A stretch of DNA of 58,207 nucleotides from a virus (taxonomy: Duplodnaviria; Caudoviricetes), in the IMG/VR virus record IMGVR_UViG_3300021966_000003, positions 1 to 58,207 of that record. One strand, written 5' to 3'. Both the position numbers and the translations under genes were made by a program. Positions 48,001 to 57,700 of this stretch are shown in pieces. The stretch's first letter is position 1. Each line of letters starts with the position of its first letter. The notes under the pieces were generated by a model. That model ran no database searches. It was not told the origin of the DNA and saw only the letters and a list, made by a program, of their open reading frames with translations.

Positions 48001-48921
48001 TTTGAACCAGATCGGCGTAAGCTTCTAATTAAGTTAGTGTCAGATAATTTCCCTGCAAAAGCAAAGCTGACAACAACGAGTGTTAATAAGCTAAAAGATG
48101 TCATTCCAGATAATTTAATGGTTTATGTAATGGCATATCATATTAACACTAGAATTAAAAAGAACCCATTCTCATCTCAAAGTGATACGGGTCAATATTT
48201 CTTAAATATTATTGAGCCGCTAATCTTAGAAAGACAGGATAAATCTAAGAAAGGCGTCGAAGGCGGTCTTTGGGATATGAATGAAGACACGATTGTTATT
48301 GACCAGAAACAGTATAAGAAATGGATGGATAAATATATTGTTCCGTTAAAGGATTGGCTAAAGACTAATGAAGCTACTAATCTTGAAGCTAACATGAATC
48401 GTCGTGAGGAATGGATCAAAAATATGTCTGGTAATCCTGAACATTGGTCATTTGAAACGCTACACTATTATCCGGAAAAACACGAGCTTGAATTATCAAC
48501 ATTGAATGAAATCTTCACTTATAAAGGTTTTAAAGAATTATCTGAAAGTCCTAAAGTAATTGGATTTAAGAAATGGCGAGGGCGTGAGTTTCCTCAATAC
48601 AATTCAACAGTAATTGCTGGAACAGTTATTAGTAAAGACAATGTAAAAAGTTCAGTAACTATCTTAACTGCGGATGGAGTTGCTAATGTTAGTTTAGGAA
48701 AAGATCGGTTTGCAAAATACAATAAAAAGATTATAGAGGGAACAGGTAAAAGTCGTCACTGTGTTGAAAATAGTTGGTTAGATGTTGGTACCCGATTAGT
48801 TTTAACTGGGTATCGGGATCAAAATGACTTCCGATTGCGAAAATATCAAGGAATGGAACGACAAATTCTTAAAGTAGATGGATTTGGAACAAAAATTAGT
48901 GTAAATTACAACAAAATGTAA
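45073..48921 (+). CDS. dnaE: DNA polymerase III alpha subunit (family C)
   Basis: PHP motif HSHTDYS; GAGRGSS; PDIDSD; QHASG; KLDVL; YAFAKSHA; AAGGAG RBS before 45073. Confidence 0.95.
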   Translation: MKKNELIDYRFGNIHSHTDYSNVRLLDASETVKDVLDEAKRLNYSLIGFTEHEALGSHLKAINTLNNGDYGDLKIILGNEIYLVDKDEMDNAVDNNLSAKDFRFNHFLLNALDYKGHQFLQKQSTQAWKNSFRYHGMFRVPSFYHEIEEMMKGYKGHVIASSACLGGYVDQELIAYRDTEDTKHLNNVINFCKWGVKVFGEENFFLELMPGDNLDQMYVNQRMRDLCAKMGYKFIITLDSHYVNESARPVHTALLQSRDIDRDVSVYDSAHFYSTEDLFQWFDDDTMTEGLQNIKSIEERVEQYELAHTPIVPTGRIPKFDKLKYEDLGVEETYSNVQFMIDSEDLSDNYLVKMAVDGLKKYKFDDKKEYWERLDLELGELVKIGNKIGQAMSAYFVLMTDILDLVQDKSLLGAGRGSSSCWLLNFLIGLTKINALEYGLPYYRFLSAERVSHNTAGDYPDIDSDSEANQRGNILQHIKDVYGEERVLSFGTFSTVGTKSAIQMAGRSLGLEAAENNYIASLLPGEGHTIYDLPDAINGNPKKGIKPGKKLLEELDKHGNMKDIAMGLYKIVVGVSQHASGLMIAEDSYTEHNAMMKTKNGIPITQFDAPDTEEMGHIKLDVLALNALDKIHEAMNLLLNDGKLEWQGTLKSTFEKYFDVDKLDFTNQEMYDKLANNEIVNAFEFTSKAGRDALHKADAHEFLQVTDVNGLMRLTGGDAGELAIDRFVRYSKNINSWDEDMDKAGLNSQEKQTMHDKFDISTGINSSQEGLMDLVITVVGYSLEEANKIRKSVAKKDKKAQQEAGVFFYKKAEEEGLRDEFARYIWEQQIMIQANYAFAKSHALVYTLNLLIEMNIAQFYGLEYWSAAVLSVNSGLTGDVVGTPDYEKVATAIGELPKGTVIAPNVNKSGIGFTPDLNKKNILFGLGGIVGLGDKEIKSIAEHRPFKSVDDFLERESEDLNYRKMIIAIKSGMLNEFEPDRRKLLIKLVSDNFPAKAKLTTTSVNKLKDVIPDNLMVYVMAYHINTRIKKNPFSSQSDTGQYFLNIIEPLILERQDKSKKGVEGGLWDMNEDTIVIDQKQYKKWMDKYIVPLKDWLKTNEATNLEANMNRREEWIKNMSGNPEHWSFETLHYYPEKHELELSTLNEIFTYKGFKELSESPKVIGFKKWRGREFPQYNSTVIAGTVISKDNVKSSVTILTADGVANVSLGKDRFAKYNKKIIEGTGKSRHCVENSWLDVGTRLVLTGYRDQNDFRLRKYQGMERQILKVDGFGTKISVNYNKM

Positions 48922-49031
48922 AATAGGGACCTGAGAGCTTGTTTAAGAGCTTTTAGGCCTTTTTGATATAGTTAACCAAGACAAAATAAAAGACTCCCTC
49001 AGCGAGCACTGGGAGAGCCAAATTGTTAAAG

Positions 49032-49292
49032 CTATTCAATTTTGATGCGATAACCGATTACTGTTGTTCCAAAACTATACTTTTCGCCCTCAATATTCTT
49101 TTTGATCGTATCCATTTTAGACTTAGTAATTTTCTTATCTTTTGGGTGAATTTCAAAGTATTTCCGTTCTAAGAAGTCTGTATATTCTAAATCTGAAAAG
49201 TAAACTAACCAGCCTAAGTGATTTGATGAAAACAATTTGACACGTGCTGAAACAAGATCTTCTGAATCTTCTAACTTAATATCTTTTAACAT
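49032..49292 (-). CDS. Hypothetical protein, isolated on the minus strand
   Basis: AAGGAGG RBS and own promoter. Confidence 0.7.
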   Translation of the reverse strand: MLKDIKLEDSEDLVSARVKLFSSNHLGWLVYFSDLEYTDFLERKYFEIHPKDKKITKSKMDTIKKNIEGEKYSFGTTVIGYRIKIE

Positions 49293-49319
49293 TATATATC
49301 CTCCTTTATTTATGTTATA

Positions 49320-49390
49320 ATTGTACCATAGATTAATTGTAAAGTCAATGAACAAAAAGTGTTGACATTATATTTGTATCATGTTATAAT
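49320..49390. promoter_or_regulatory. Divergent promoter pair
   Basis: Leftward TTGACT-17-TACAAT; rightward TTGACA-17-TATAAT. Confidence 0.75.
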
Positions 49391-49421
49391 AGTTTTATAG
49401 ATAAGAAAGAAGGAATAATAA

Positions 49422-49688
49422 ATGTCAGAAGAAAAGGTAGTATTAATGAAACAAGAAAATAAAGAAGAAGTCAAACCACAGCATCAAGTGCTAGTTAACT
49501 ACACGGATGGTGGTGACTTATCTGTTGATACGACAATTACAACAGATGTTAATACTTCGTTGGCGATGTTAGCGAACGCACTAGCATATACTGGTATTCA
49601 AAGCGGTACTGATCCTAAAACATTAGGGGCGTTTGTTGTAAACGCAGCAGAACAGATCTTGAAAAACTCGGAGGAAGACGATGACTAA
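49422..49688 (+). CDS. Hypothetical protein
   Basis: AAGGA RBS. Confidence 0.7.
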   Translation: MSEEKVVLMKQENKEEVKPQHQVLVNYTDGGDLSVDTTITTDVNTSLAMLANALAYTGIQSGTDPKTLGAFVVNAAEQILKNSEEDDD

Positions 49689-50154
49689 TTTAGAATTAGT
49701 TCAACGGCTAAAAGATGTTTTGCTTGTGAATGGTTCGGACGTGATCGAAGTAAACGACCAAGAGAATAGCGATAATTTCACTGTAAGTATTAATAGTCAT
49801 GAAACCATTGACGTGAATGGAACTCGTATCTACTTTAATAGTAAATATGCCCCTAATATTCTTAGTATTAATGAATTAACTAAGGCATTAAACGACTATC
49901 TGAATACTCCAAAGGTTAAACGAGTAAGGAAATATATCTTGATCGCTAACCTTGACTCTGCGCATCTGGAAAATTCGCTTGCCGTTGGTGTCCGTGAAGA
50001 TGGAAGCTTTTTACTGTTTCCGGTTAAAGAATTATATACAAGACGGGCCAATGAAATTTCTTTGTTTGCGCAAGGAACAGAATTTGATACCAAAATTAAA
50101 CAAATGCGCTTTGAACTATATTCGCTTCAATACTTTGCTGGTGTGTTCGAATAA
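49681..50154 (+). CDS. Hypothetical protein
   Basis: GGAGG RBS. Confidence 0.7.
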   Translation: MTNLELVQRLKDVLLVNGSDVIEVNDQENSDNFTVSINSHETIDVNGTRIYFNSKYAPNILSINELTKALNDYLNTPKVKRVRKYILIANLDSAHLENSLAVGVREDGSFLLFPVKELYTRRANEISLFAQGTEFDTKIKQMRFELYSLQYFAGVFE

Positions 50155-50157
50155 AAT

Positions 50158-50195
50158 GAAAATTGCCTCTACTGATTGAAGTAGGGGCAATTTTG
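50158..50195. terminator. Bidirectional terminator at the convergence point
   Basis: AAAATTGCCTCTACT...AGTAGGGGCAATTTT. Confidence 0.8.
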
Positions 50196-50200
50196 TGTTA

Positions 50201-51169
50201 TTATAAAGTTAAACCAAAAGCATCTGCCAATTTTTCATCAGAGTGGTCTTTTAAATATGATTGAGTAGTGCTAATGTCACTATGATGGGCGATTAGTTGG
50301 GCAACGTCAAGTGGTAAACTATCTTTACCCATTTCTTTAAGAACGTAATGTTCGCCATTGGTATATGCTTCTAGTCCGCTGTGGCGGAATGAGTGAACGT
50401 TGAGATTAATCTCTTCACCGGTTAAATCTAATAGAATACTGCGGAATCCTTCAACCCAAGCATAAAGAGTAGCGTATGAAACAGCACGTTTTTTGTCGCC
50501 TTTGCCAGTAATCCACAACGACTCCACGTCATCTTCGCCACGCTTTTGTAGGTAGATCTTAGCAAGCTGGCGTGTACGATTGAAGTACAGTAGTTGAAAT
50601 TCCTTTGAGCGCTTACCCTTGACCGTATTGGTCTGGTGTGAATCTACAAAACCGTCTTTCTTGACCTGTGCTAATTCATTTCTACGACCGCATGAGTCAT
50701 AAGCTAAACTAACGAATAAAGCTTTTTGATATTGTTCGTGACGAACTAAATAATCAATCAGTTGATTGACCTGATGGTCAGTTAAGAATACAATTTTACG
50801 AACTTCTTCTTTTTGCAGTCCTTTAATGTGGGCCATTTCATTAATATCATAATCGTAATCGTCTTCTGTAACGGCGTATTCTAATAAGTTGCGCAAGCTT
50901 GATTGCAAACGATTAATCCGTGCATTGCTTGCACCTTCCTTTTGAACTGTTAAAAAGAAGTTACGAAAATTCTTGCGCTTTAATTCCAGAGTTAGCTTGT
51001 TGTGAAGACCTTCTACCTTCCAGCAATAGAAGCCTTTAATGTCGGTTACATATTGATAGATAGACTTTTCAGCTTTTCCTTGTGCTTCCATTTCAAGCTG
51101 ATAATCTTCTAACAGGTCTTTATCATCGTCGGGAACCTTTTCCCACGCAAATTTATTAAACAATCTCAT
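50201..51169 (-). CDS. XerC/D-like tyrosine recombinase
   Basis: CGRRNEL, GK, HSFRH, AHHSDISTTQSY; SAM-like N-domain. Confidence 0.9.
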   Translation of the reverse strand: MRLFNKFAWEKVPDDDKDLLEDYQLEMEAQGKAEKSIYQYVTDIKGFYCWKVEGLHNKLTLELKRKNFRNFFLTVQKEGASNARINRLQSSLRNLLEYAVTEDDYDYDINEMAHIKGLQKEEVRKIVFLTDHQVNQLIDYLVRHEQYQKALFVSLAYDSCGRRNELAQVKKDGFVDSHQTNTVKGKRSKEFQLLYFNRTRQLAKIYLQKRGEDDVESLWITGKGDKKRAVSYATLYAWVEGFRSILLDLTGEEINLNVHSFRHSGLEAYTNGEHYVLKEMGKDSLPLDVAQLIAHHSDISTTQSYLKDHSDEKLADAFGLTL

Positions 51170-51230
51170 ATATAACTCTCCTTTGTTTTACGTGATTTAT
51201 GTATCCCCTCATGCGAGGGGCGATGCTAAT

Positions 51231-51749
51231 TTAATGGGCAGCTGATGTTGATGCGCCGTCAGGAACTGAATTAGTCATAGCATCCGTTAAAGCTTTTTGA
51301 GCACTAACAATCTGAGCTTGTGCAGCTTCGGTCTGAGCCTTTACTGCGTCGGCTTGATCTAAGATGTCTTGAGCTTGTTGTAACTTGATACTGGCCTTAG
51401 CTGAGTCACTATCTTTATATACGGTATCGAGTTGAATTTTAGCATCAGCATATGCTTTTTCAACTTGAGCCTCAATAATAGAAAGATCGGCGTCTGTAAT
51501 GCCAAGTGCTTTTAGACCATCTTGAACGCTTTTGACAGCCAGTTGGAACTGTTCTGAACCAACTAGACTTTGAGCTACACCTGTCTTTTCGGCAACAGCA
51601 ACAGCGCTTTTTGCTAATTTTTCAATAGCATTTAGCACGTCTGTATTCTTTAAATACTTAGTAGCAATTCGTGTAAGCCAAGCTGCGATAATAGGAATCA
51701 AAACGACTGCGATTGGGACCACAATTTGACCAATAAAGTTTAAGTTCAT
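51231..51749 (-). CDS. LL-H-type holin
   Basis: One N-terminal TM; AKSAVAVAEK..G..IEAQVEKAY; next to endolysin. Confidence 0.8.
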   Translation of the reverse strand: MNLNFIGQIVVPIAVVLIPIIAAWLTRIATKYLKNTDVLNAIEKLAKSAVAVAEKTGVAQSLVGSEQFQLAVKSVQDGLKALGITDADLSIIEAQVEKAYADAKIQLDTVYKDSDSAKASIKLQQAQDILDQADAVKAQTEAAQAQIVSAQKALTDAMTNSVPDGASTSAAH

Positions 51750-52078
51750 TTATCTGCATCTCCATTTTTTATAGACCCGATCTGCTGTTGCAGCTCATGG
51801 TTTGTCTTAGTTAAATCATTAATTGTGTCTTGTGCCTTCGTAAGCTGTGACATAGTTTCGTCCAAGCGTTCGTCCAGTTTATCAGCATTCGTGGATTCTT
51901 TATCTGCACGTTCGTTGGCTGAATCTAGCTGGTGTTGAAAAGCATCGAGATAATCTTTTGCAAGACCGGTATCGCTGGGTGACTTTTTTACGGTATGATT
52001 GCTTGCGAGATAGCCGATCAAGGCCCCTAAAAAAGTCATAAACCATTGATTTGTCAATAGAGTCATTACGAAGTTCAT
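51746..52078 (-). CDS. Lysis-cassette membrane/coiled-coil protein
   Basis: N-terminal hydrophobic stretch, then coiled coil. Confidence 0.65.
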   Translation of the reverse strand: MNFVMTLLTNQWFMTFLGALIGYLASNHTVKKSPSDTGLAKDYLDAFQHQLDSANERADKESTNADKLDERLDETMSQLTKAQDTINDLTKTNHELQQQIGSIKNGDADK

Positions 52079-52461
52079 TAATTCGGGTCAACCTCCCATA
52101 GAGTGAATAAGTCTATTAGGAACATACCCGCAAACGAAATAAGCCCCACGTCAGGAAAACCGTCACTCCATCTCCCCAGATAAGCAATAGTGTACGCAAA
52201 TAATATTCCGCAGGCGAGAATGAGCATAAACTTCGTCCACTTAGATGATCCCATTGCTAGGATGGTTAGCATAGCGACTCCGGTAAGGATAAGAAAGAAC
52301 GAAACGAATGGACCATCAAACATATCTAAGATTCTAGCGAATGGCGCTCCTTGATCCTGAAATAAACCGGTGACTAACATTAATGCACCGTAGCCAATCA
52401 AAAATAACCCGATAGTAATCGTATTCGTAGTAAATAAACGTGACTTTGAAGGGTTAAACAT
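52078..52461 (-). CDS. Four-TM membrane protein in the lysis cassette
   Basis: GGAGGTGA RBS before MFNP; four hydrophobic segments. Confidence 0.7.
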   Translation of the reverse strand: MFNPSKSRLFTTNTITIGLFLIGYGALMLVTGLFQDQGAPFARILDMFDGPFVSFFLILTGVAMLTILAMGSSKWTKFMLILACGILFAYTIAYLGRWSDGFPDVGLISFAGMFLIDLFTLWEVDPN

Positions 52462-52500
52462 AGCATCACCTCCATTCAAACCCAAGGATGTTTTTATTTC

Positions 52501-53868
52501 TTATTTTACTCTAAGTGTCTGGCCTACATAAATAAGGTTTACATTTGATAAACTACTGAGAGACTTGATCTTTGCTGTCGTTGTGCTATACTTAGCGGCG
52601 ATAGTTCCGACCGTATCTCCAGATTTAACAGTGTAATAGACCTTGGTTGATGCAGTAGTGGTTGTAGTTTTACGAGTACCATAACTTGTACCGCCATTAA
52701 CACCTAAAGCAATATATCCATATTTTCCATTAGAGCGAGTATAGCGTGCCCACACGTAATCAGATTTAATGATTACTTGATTATAACGAACACTTTCGCC
52801 CTTATAGTAAGTAGCTACCTTGCTATAGCTAGTACTAGAACCGTTGCGAACATTCAATGTCCGGTTGGGAGTGAACGTACCAGATTGCGTATAGGTTGTA
52901 ACCGTAGCTTTGTTTGTTGAAGTTGTAGTCGTTTCCTTAACCGTCGAAACACCACTAGAAACAATCCAACTATTTACACCAGAAAGTAATAAATTACTGC
53001 CCTTAACTTGTGTTACAGTATAGGTATTTCCTTTAATGGAAGAAGGAATCGACTGACCTGTAGCCCACTTAGAACCAGTAACTTTAACCTTGGTTCCTAC
53101 TTTAATGGTAGTTGGTTTAGTGGTAGTAGCGTTGTCAGTAGCTGTCGTTGAAGTATTCGGTTTAGTGACGGACCCGTTCTTATAACCGTTGTCAGTAATT
53201 CCAGTAAGATCAATATTACCGTCAAGTCCGCCATAAATATAGGTGGACGTGAACTGAAAAATACCGATGTTATCAGCACTAGGGAAGTAGTTATAGTTAG
53301 GCTTCGTAGTCACGTTATAGTCAGGGTATTCACCTAACCATAATTGATACTTACTAGATACTTGACTTAGATAGATGTGGCTGTTAAAATAAGTTAAATA
53401 CCCATAAAGCATAGGGGTATAGCCAGCTTGTTCGATGCGTTTTAAAGCGTAAAGAATAGCATCGGTATTTGCTTGTTTGTTGCTGCTTGCCCCATCTTCG
53501 TAATCAAGGGCTACAATAGAACCTTTTGGAGTTTGAACGTTGGGTAACATTTTATCCAACATTGCTTTAGCTTGTGATTGACTAGAACCGAATTGGCCCC
53601 ACAAATATGTGTGAGCACGTTTACCGGCATTTAAAGCCGAAGTGACCTGAGTCTTATAGGTAGACTGAGTATAGATAGAACCGCCAATCGTACCCCCTTG
53701 TTGAATGAGAACGAACTTATCGTTCGGATAAGCGAACTTACCTAATGCACCTTGATAGACAGCCCAGTCAGTTCCTTGGTCACCAACGGCTGCCATTGCG
53801 CTCATTGTAGTACCGCCTAGCGTGAATAAGGCGGCAAATACTGTGATCGCTTTAGCGAACTTGTTCAT
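52501..53868 (-). CDS. Endolysin: signal peptide, GH25 muramidase, SH3b-like and LysM
   Basis: GTDWAVYQG; ALDYE; FQFTS..GLDGN; YVWARY; YTVKSGDT..NLIYVGQTL. Confidence 0.93.
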   Translation of the reverse strand: MNKFAKAITVFAALFTLGGTTMSAMAAVGDQGTDWAVYQGALGKFAYPNDKFVLIQQGGTIGGSIYTQSTYKTQVTSALNAGKRAHTYLWGQFGSSQSQAKAMLDKMLPNVQTPKGSIVALDYEDGASSNKQANTDAILYALKRIEQAGYTPMLYGYLTYFNSHIYLSQVSSKYQLWLGEYPDYNVTTKPNYNYFPSADNIGIFQFTSTYIYGGLDGNIDLTGITDNGYKNGSVTKPNTSTTATDNATTTKPTTIKVGTKVKVTGSKWATGQSIPSSIKGNTYTVTQVKGSNLLLSGVNSWIVSSGVSTVKETTTTSTNKATVTTYTQSGTFTPNRTLNVRNGSSTSYSKVATYYKGESVRYNQVIIKSDYVWARYTRSNGKYGYIALGVNGGTSYGTRKTTTTTASTKVYYTVKSGDTVGTIAAKYSTTTAKIKSLSSLSNVNLIYVGQTLRVK

Positions 53869-53883
53869 GTTGTTTCCCCCTCT

Positions 53884-54270
53884 TTAAACGTCAAATGATT
53901 CTGTAATTTGGAAAGTGATGAATTTATCTCCGGGGAAGATTGCAACACCGGTAGAACTAGTTAACCAAACTTCGATATCGTAGAAGCCGACATTCAAGAA
54001 TGATGTGAACGAAGAGTCAAATAAGATTGGAATTTGAGAAGGGGTCGCATAAACGTCCTCTCCTTCAAGTTCCGGCGGGATAGGAAATGATACAGGAACG
54101 TTCTTAATTTCCTTATCACTTTCTCTTCGAATATGAACTTCGGCAGATACATAGGTTGTTAGATCTACTGTAGAACCATCTTCCGTTAAGTTGATCTTCA
54201 TAGTAGTCGTGGTATCATTGTGCTTAATCTCAGTTGGAGATTCTTTTGCAAATTGAAGATTACGACTCAT
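53884..54270 (-). CDS. BppU N-terminal-like protein
   Basis: IKHNDT..GFYDIEVW..IFPGD..FQIT. Confidence 0.6.
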   Translation of the reverse strand: MSRNLQFAKESPTEIKHNDTTTTMKINLTEDGSTVDLTTYVSAEVHIRRESDKEIKNVPVSFPIPPELEGEDVYATPSQIPILFDSSFTSFLNVGFYDIEVWLTSSTGVAIFPGDKFITFQITESFDV

Positions 54271-54275
54271 TTAAA

Positions 54276-54443
54276 TCACCCCCTATTTTCTGAGTTCTCT
54301 TTAAGTGCTGCGTTTTCTTCTTGCAGCTGATCGATGATAACTTGCAATACAGCAATCTGCTGTAGTTTTTGTGACAACTCTTCGGCATAACTCTGTGTCA
54401 TTTTTGTAACTACTTTTTGTGGATCAATATCAATATTGTTCAT
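54276..54443 (-). CDS. 55-aa coiled-coil protein
   Basis: Manual translation MNNIDIDPQKVVTKMTQSYAEELSQKLQQIAVLQV... Confidence 0.65.
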   Translation of the reverse strand: MNNIDIDPQKVVTKMTQSYAEELSQKLQQIAVLQVIIDQLQEENAALKENSENRG

Positions 54444-54706
54444 TATTCAGCAGCCTCCGTGGTTTGAGTGGCGTCTGTTTGTGTATCGACGTTTACAACA
54501 CTAGGTAATTTAGCCTGTAAAGCAGTGATAAGCGTATTTAAGATAAGTTCTTTCAGCGCTGCCTCACCCTTAGCAATTTCAGTATAAAATTGAGTCAATG
54601 GAATTGAGGTTGAAGCGTTAATCCCAAGGTCGTTAATGACGTATTTTAACACCATCACGTTATTTATAGCATCTGGTCGGTAATCTGTAAATAATAAGTT
54701 ATCCAT
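54443..54706 (-). CDS. Hypothetical tail-associated protein
   Basis: GGAGG RBS; follows the fibre gene. Confidence 0.7.
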   Translation of the reverse strand: MDNLLFTDYRPDAINNVMVLKYVINDLGINASTSIPLTQFYTEIAKGEAALKELILNTLITALQAKLPSVVNVDTQTDATQTTEAAE

Positions 54707-57700
54707 TTAATTTGGCCTCCATTTGTAGTAAGTGCATGTTTAAAGCAGAAATTTGTTTTTGTTGTTCTTGAACAGTTCCTAGTAATGCGTTAATCATAAT
54801 AGTTTGATCGATACCTTCGAACGCACCAGTATCATCACGACTAATAAATTCATTCGGCAAAGTCCATTGTTTATTCTCGTTGATGTCATCGACGATACCT
54901 GATAAGCGCACTTGATTTGTAAAGTCGTCAGTATTATATTGGTAAGTTGCCAAATCAACAGAATTGATTAGTTGTGACCAGTATGCCGTATCTGCTGGTT
55001 TTGTATCTTTTTTAACACTTAATAAAGAAGCGTTAGACAGAGCTGTATAGCTTAGAGTGCCCACATTTAAGTTGGCCCGACCTCCATCCCCTTTTGCTAT
55101 ATTCAAAGTAGCCCCGTCGGCACTAGAAATGGTGTGACCACGATTGACTCCAATATTCCCGACAAACAGATCACGATGCAATAATATGCCGTTAGCCCCG
55201 GCTGTGTCGGTACCAAAGTCAGCAACTGAAAGTGACCCACCATTCTGATTAATTCGCCACCAAGTTGATGCTGGGTCACCATAAAGATTACCGTAACTAT
55301 CAAAACTAACGGCGGTACCGGTTGATGAAAGGCCGTGGAATTGAATGCCTTGGTGCGCTCCCCAAAGTGTTATGCCAGTGTATGGATCAATTGAGAGAAA
55401 GTCGGTAACACCCGTGCTTGAGCTTGCACCTAGCGTTTGAGAGAACGTACCATCATAAGCGGTCGTAAAACCAGCCTTGAAAATCTGGCCGCTACCAGAA
55501 AGACTAATATCATACGCCTCATATCCAGCGCTGGAACCAGTATAAGACCTAAATTTCGTGTCAACAGAACCCCCAGAGATTTTAGTCTGGGACCCAGCGG
55601 TTGCTGAAAACGTGTTTGACGTGGTAGTCCCATTTGGAGCTATGGTCATGGGGTATAGCTTGGCAGTATTTGCTGCTACTGTACTAATTGTTCCACCATT
55701 GATAGTTGTCCCGTTGATAGTTGAACCATTAATAACTGAGCCGTCTATTTCGCCAGCGCTGACAACGTTACCTGTGTCCGGCATATAGCCAGTTGATTGA
55801 GAAGTTTGTGTTAGCATAGGTGAACTAAAAAAAGCATGACCATGTCCATTGTAGGACCAATATTGTAACCCAACGGATACGGCATTACTTGGTGCAACTG
55901 CATTATTAACAGCTACATAACGCCAATTCTGTTTTGAACCAACACCGTTCCAAATTTGACTAACGGATCCGCCGTTGATACGAGTACCATTTGAGTCAAA
56001 AAATGCTAATGTGAATTGATATTGTAAGCTGGTGTCACTACCTAATTCTAAGAACCATACAGAAGCACTAAACGGTTGACCAGTAGTTCCGTTTAACGGG
56101 TATAATTTAGTTTGTGCAAATATATTCCAAACTCCAGCTCCAGTAGCGTTGTTAAAACCAATAGATGGCACACCATCGTGAGTAGCGTTTAAGACACAAT
56201 ACCCATTGTTGCTTATACCCCATCCCGGAATGCTAGAGCCACTACCACCCAATAGTGCAGCATTATAAACTAGGTTAGTAACACCTCGTACGGTTAAATT
56301 GCTAGCGACCACAGCACCGTATTTGTCTACTGTGAATGTTCCGTTATTGGTACTAAACGTATTGGCTGAAATGTCAGCCGCTGTTAATTTCTTATCAACA
56401 AGGAGCTTATCGATATTTGCACTAGGGATTATTACGGGGTTAGTCGAATCAAAATAGATATTTTTACCAGATAGCGTTAATTGACCGCTAGATGAAATTA
56501 AGGTGTTACCAGCTTGGAGATTAATCTGGTCAACTAATTCCCCTTTTTTAACTCTAAGGTTCATATCATCGATTATCTGTGTGAATTGAGACTGTGTAGC
56601 ATTATCTGCTGGATTAGGAGCCCAATCGGTTGATTTATTACCTTTCTCAAGTTGATAATGGTGGAAAGTAACTTTGTTACCAGCAGTTTTCGAATCTACG
56701 CCAGCATATACAAGTAATCTTGGTTTATCCTGCACAGCTGTGAACGTCCATGAAATATGACCATTAACGATATCAACGATTGCATCTGGACCGTTTGAAT
56801 TCAGTCCGTCATTAATTGTTCTCACGCGAATTTGTGCAACATTTCCTGTATTGACCATAACATCTGAGCTGAATGTGTATTGCTGCCCAGCAATCAGGCC
56901 GTTATAGATATTACTGAAGCGCCAGTTGTCGTTTTTATTAATCGTGGCATCGAGAATTAAATCGTTGGCACTGTTGGCAATCAAGTTAGTGCCACCGATA
57001 CTGATATTACTAATAGCGCTCGTAACAGTTTGACTAATCGTATCAGCCGTTTGTGTTTTGTAGGTGTTAAATGCACTAGATTCAACCTTGCTAGATATTG
57101 CTTTAGCAGTTGTATCTTGGTAGGCCGAGAAGTCCTTAGTAGCTACTTTTGAGGAAATCAAGTCAGACGTCTGTTTCTGGTAAGTTGTGAAGTCCTTGTT
57201 GGCTACCTTTTCGGCAATTAAGTTAGCAGTTTGCGTCTTGTATGTGTTGAAGTCACTACTGCTAACTTTCTGTTCTATATCACCGCTTAACTGTGTGATT
57301 TGAGACTGCGTAGCTTGGTCTTCCGGTGCTGGTGTCCAATCAGTGGGCATATTACCAGTTTCTAACTTAGGTAGCTTGATATAAACGTCTAATGGACTTT
57401 TAGTAGCATCAAAATACATGATGATTGTCTTGATTTCAGCATTATCAAAATGTCCAGTTTGACTGATACGTGACCATTCACTACCAACGGTGCCTACTAC
57501 TGTATTTCTGCCGCCCCATTCTATACCAAACTTTGCAATCTTACCCGTACCTTTCACATCGGCACTATAAGACCAATCTGAGGTATCTGGCAATTTTTCG
57601 TTAGCATAACCAGAAAAATATATGCCAACGAGTCCACTAGCGCCCTGTGGTGCTACAATATGCCACATATTAGTAGCACTATCAAAAGGTTCTACCGTTA

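Noticed and set aside
2425-55788. Many short ORFs antisense to or nested in real genes (e.g. 2425, 5423, 15260, 37200, 55558)
   Set aside because: Shadow frames of well-supported genes, lacking RBS
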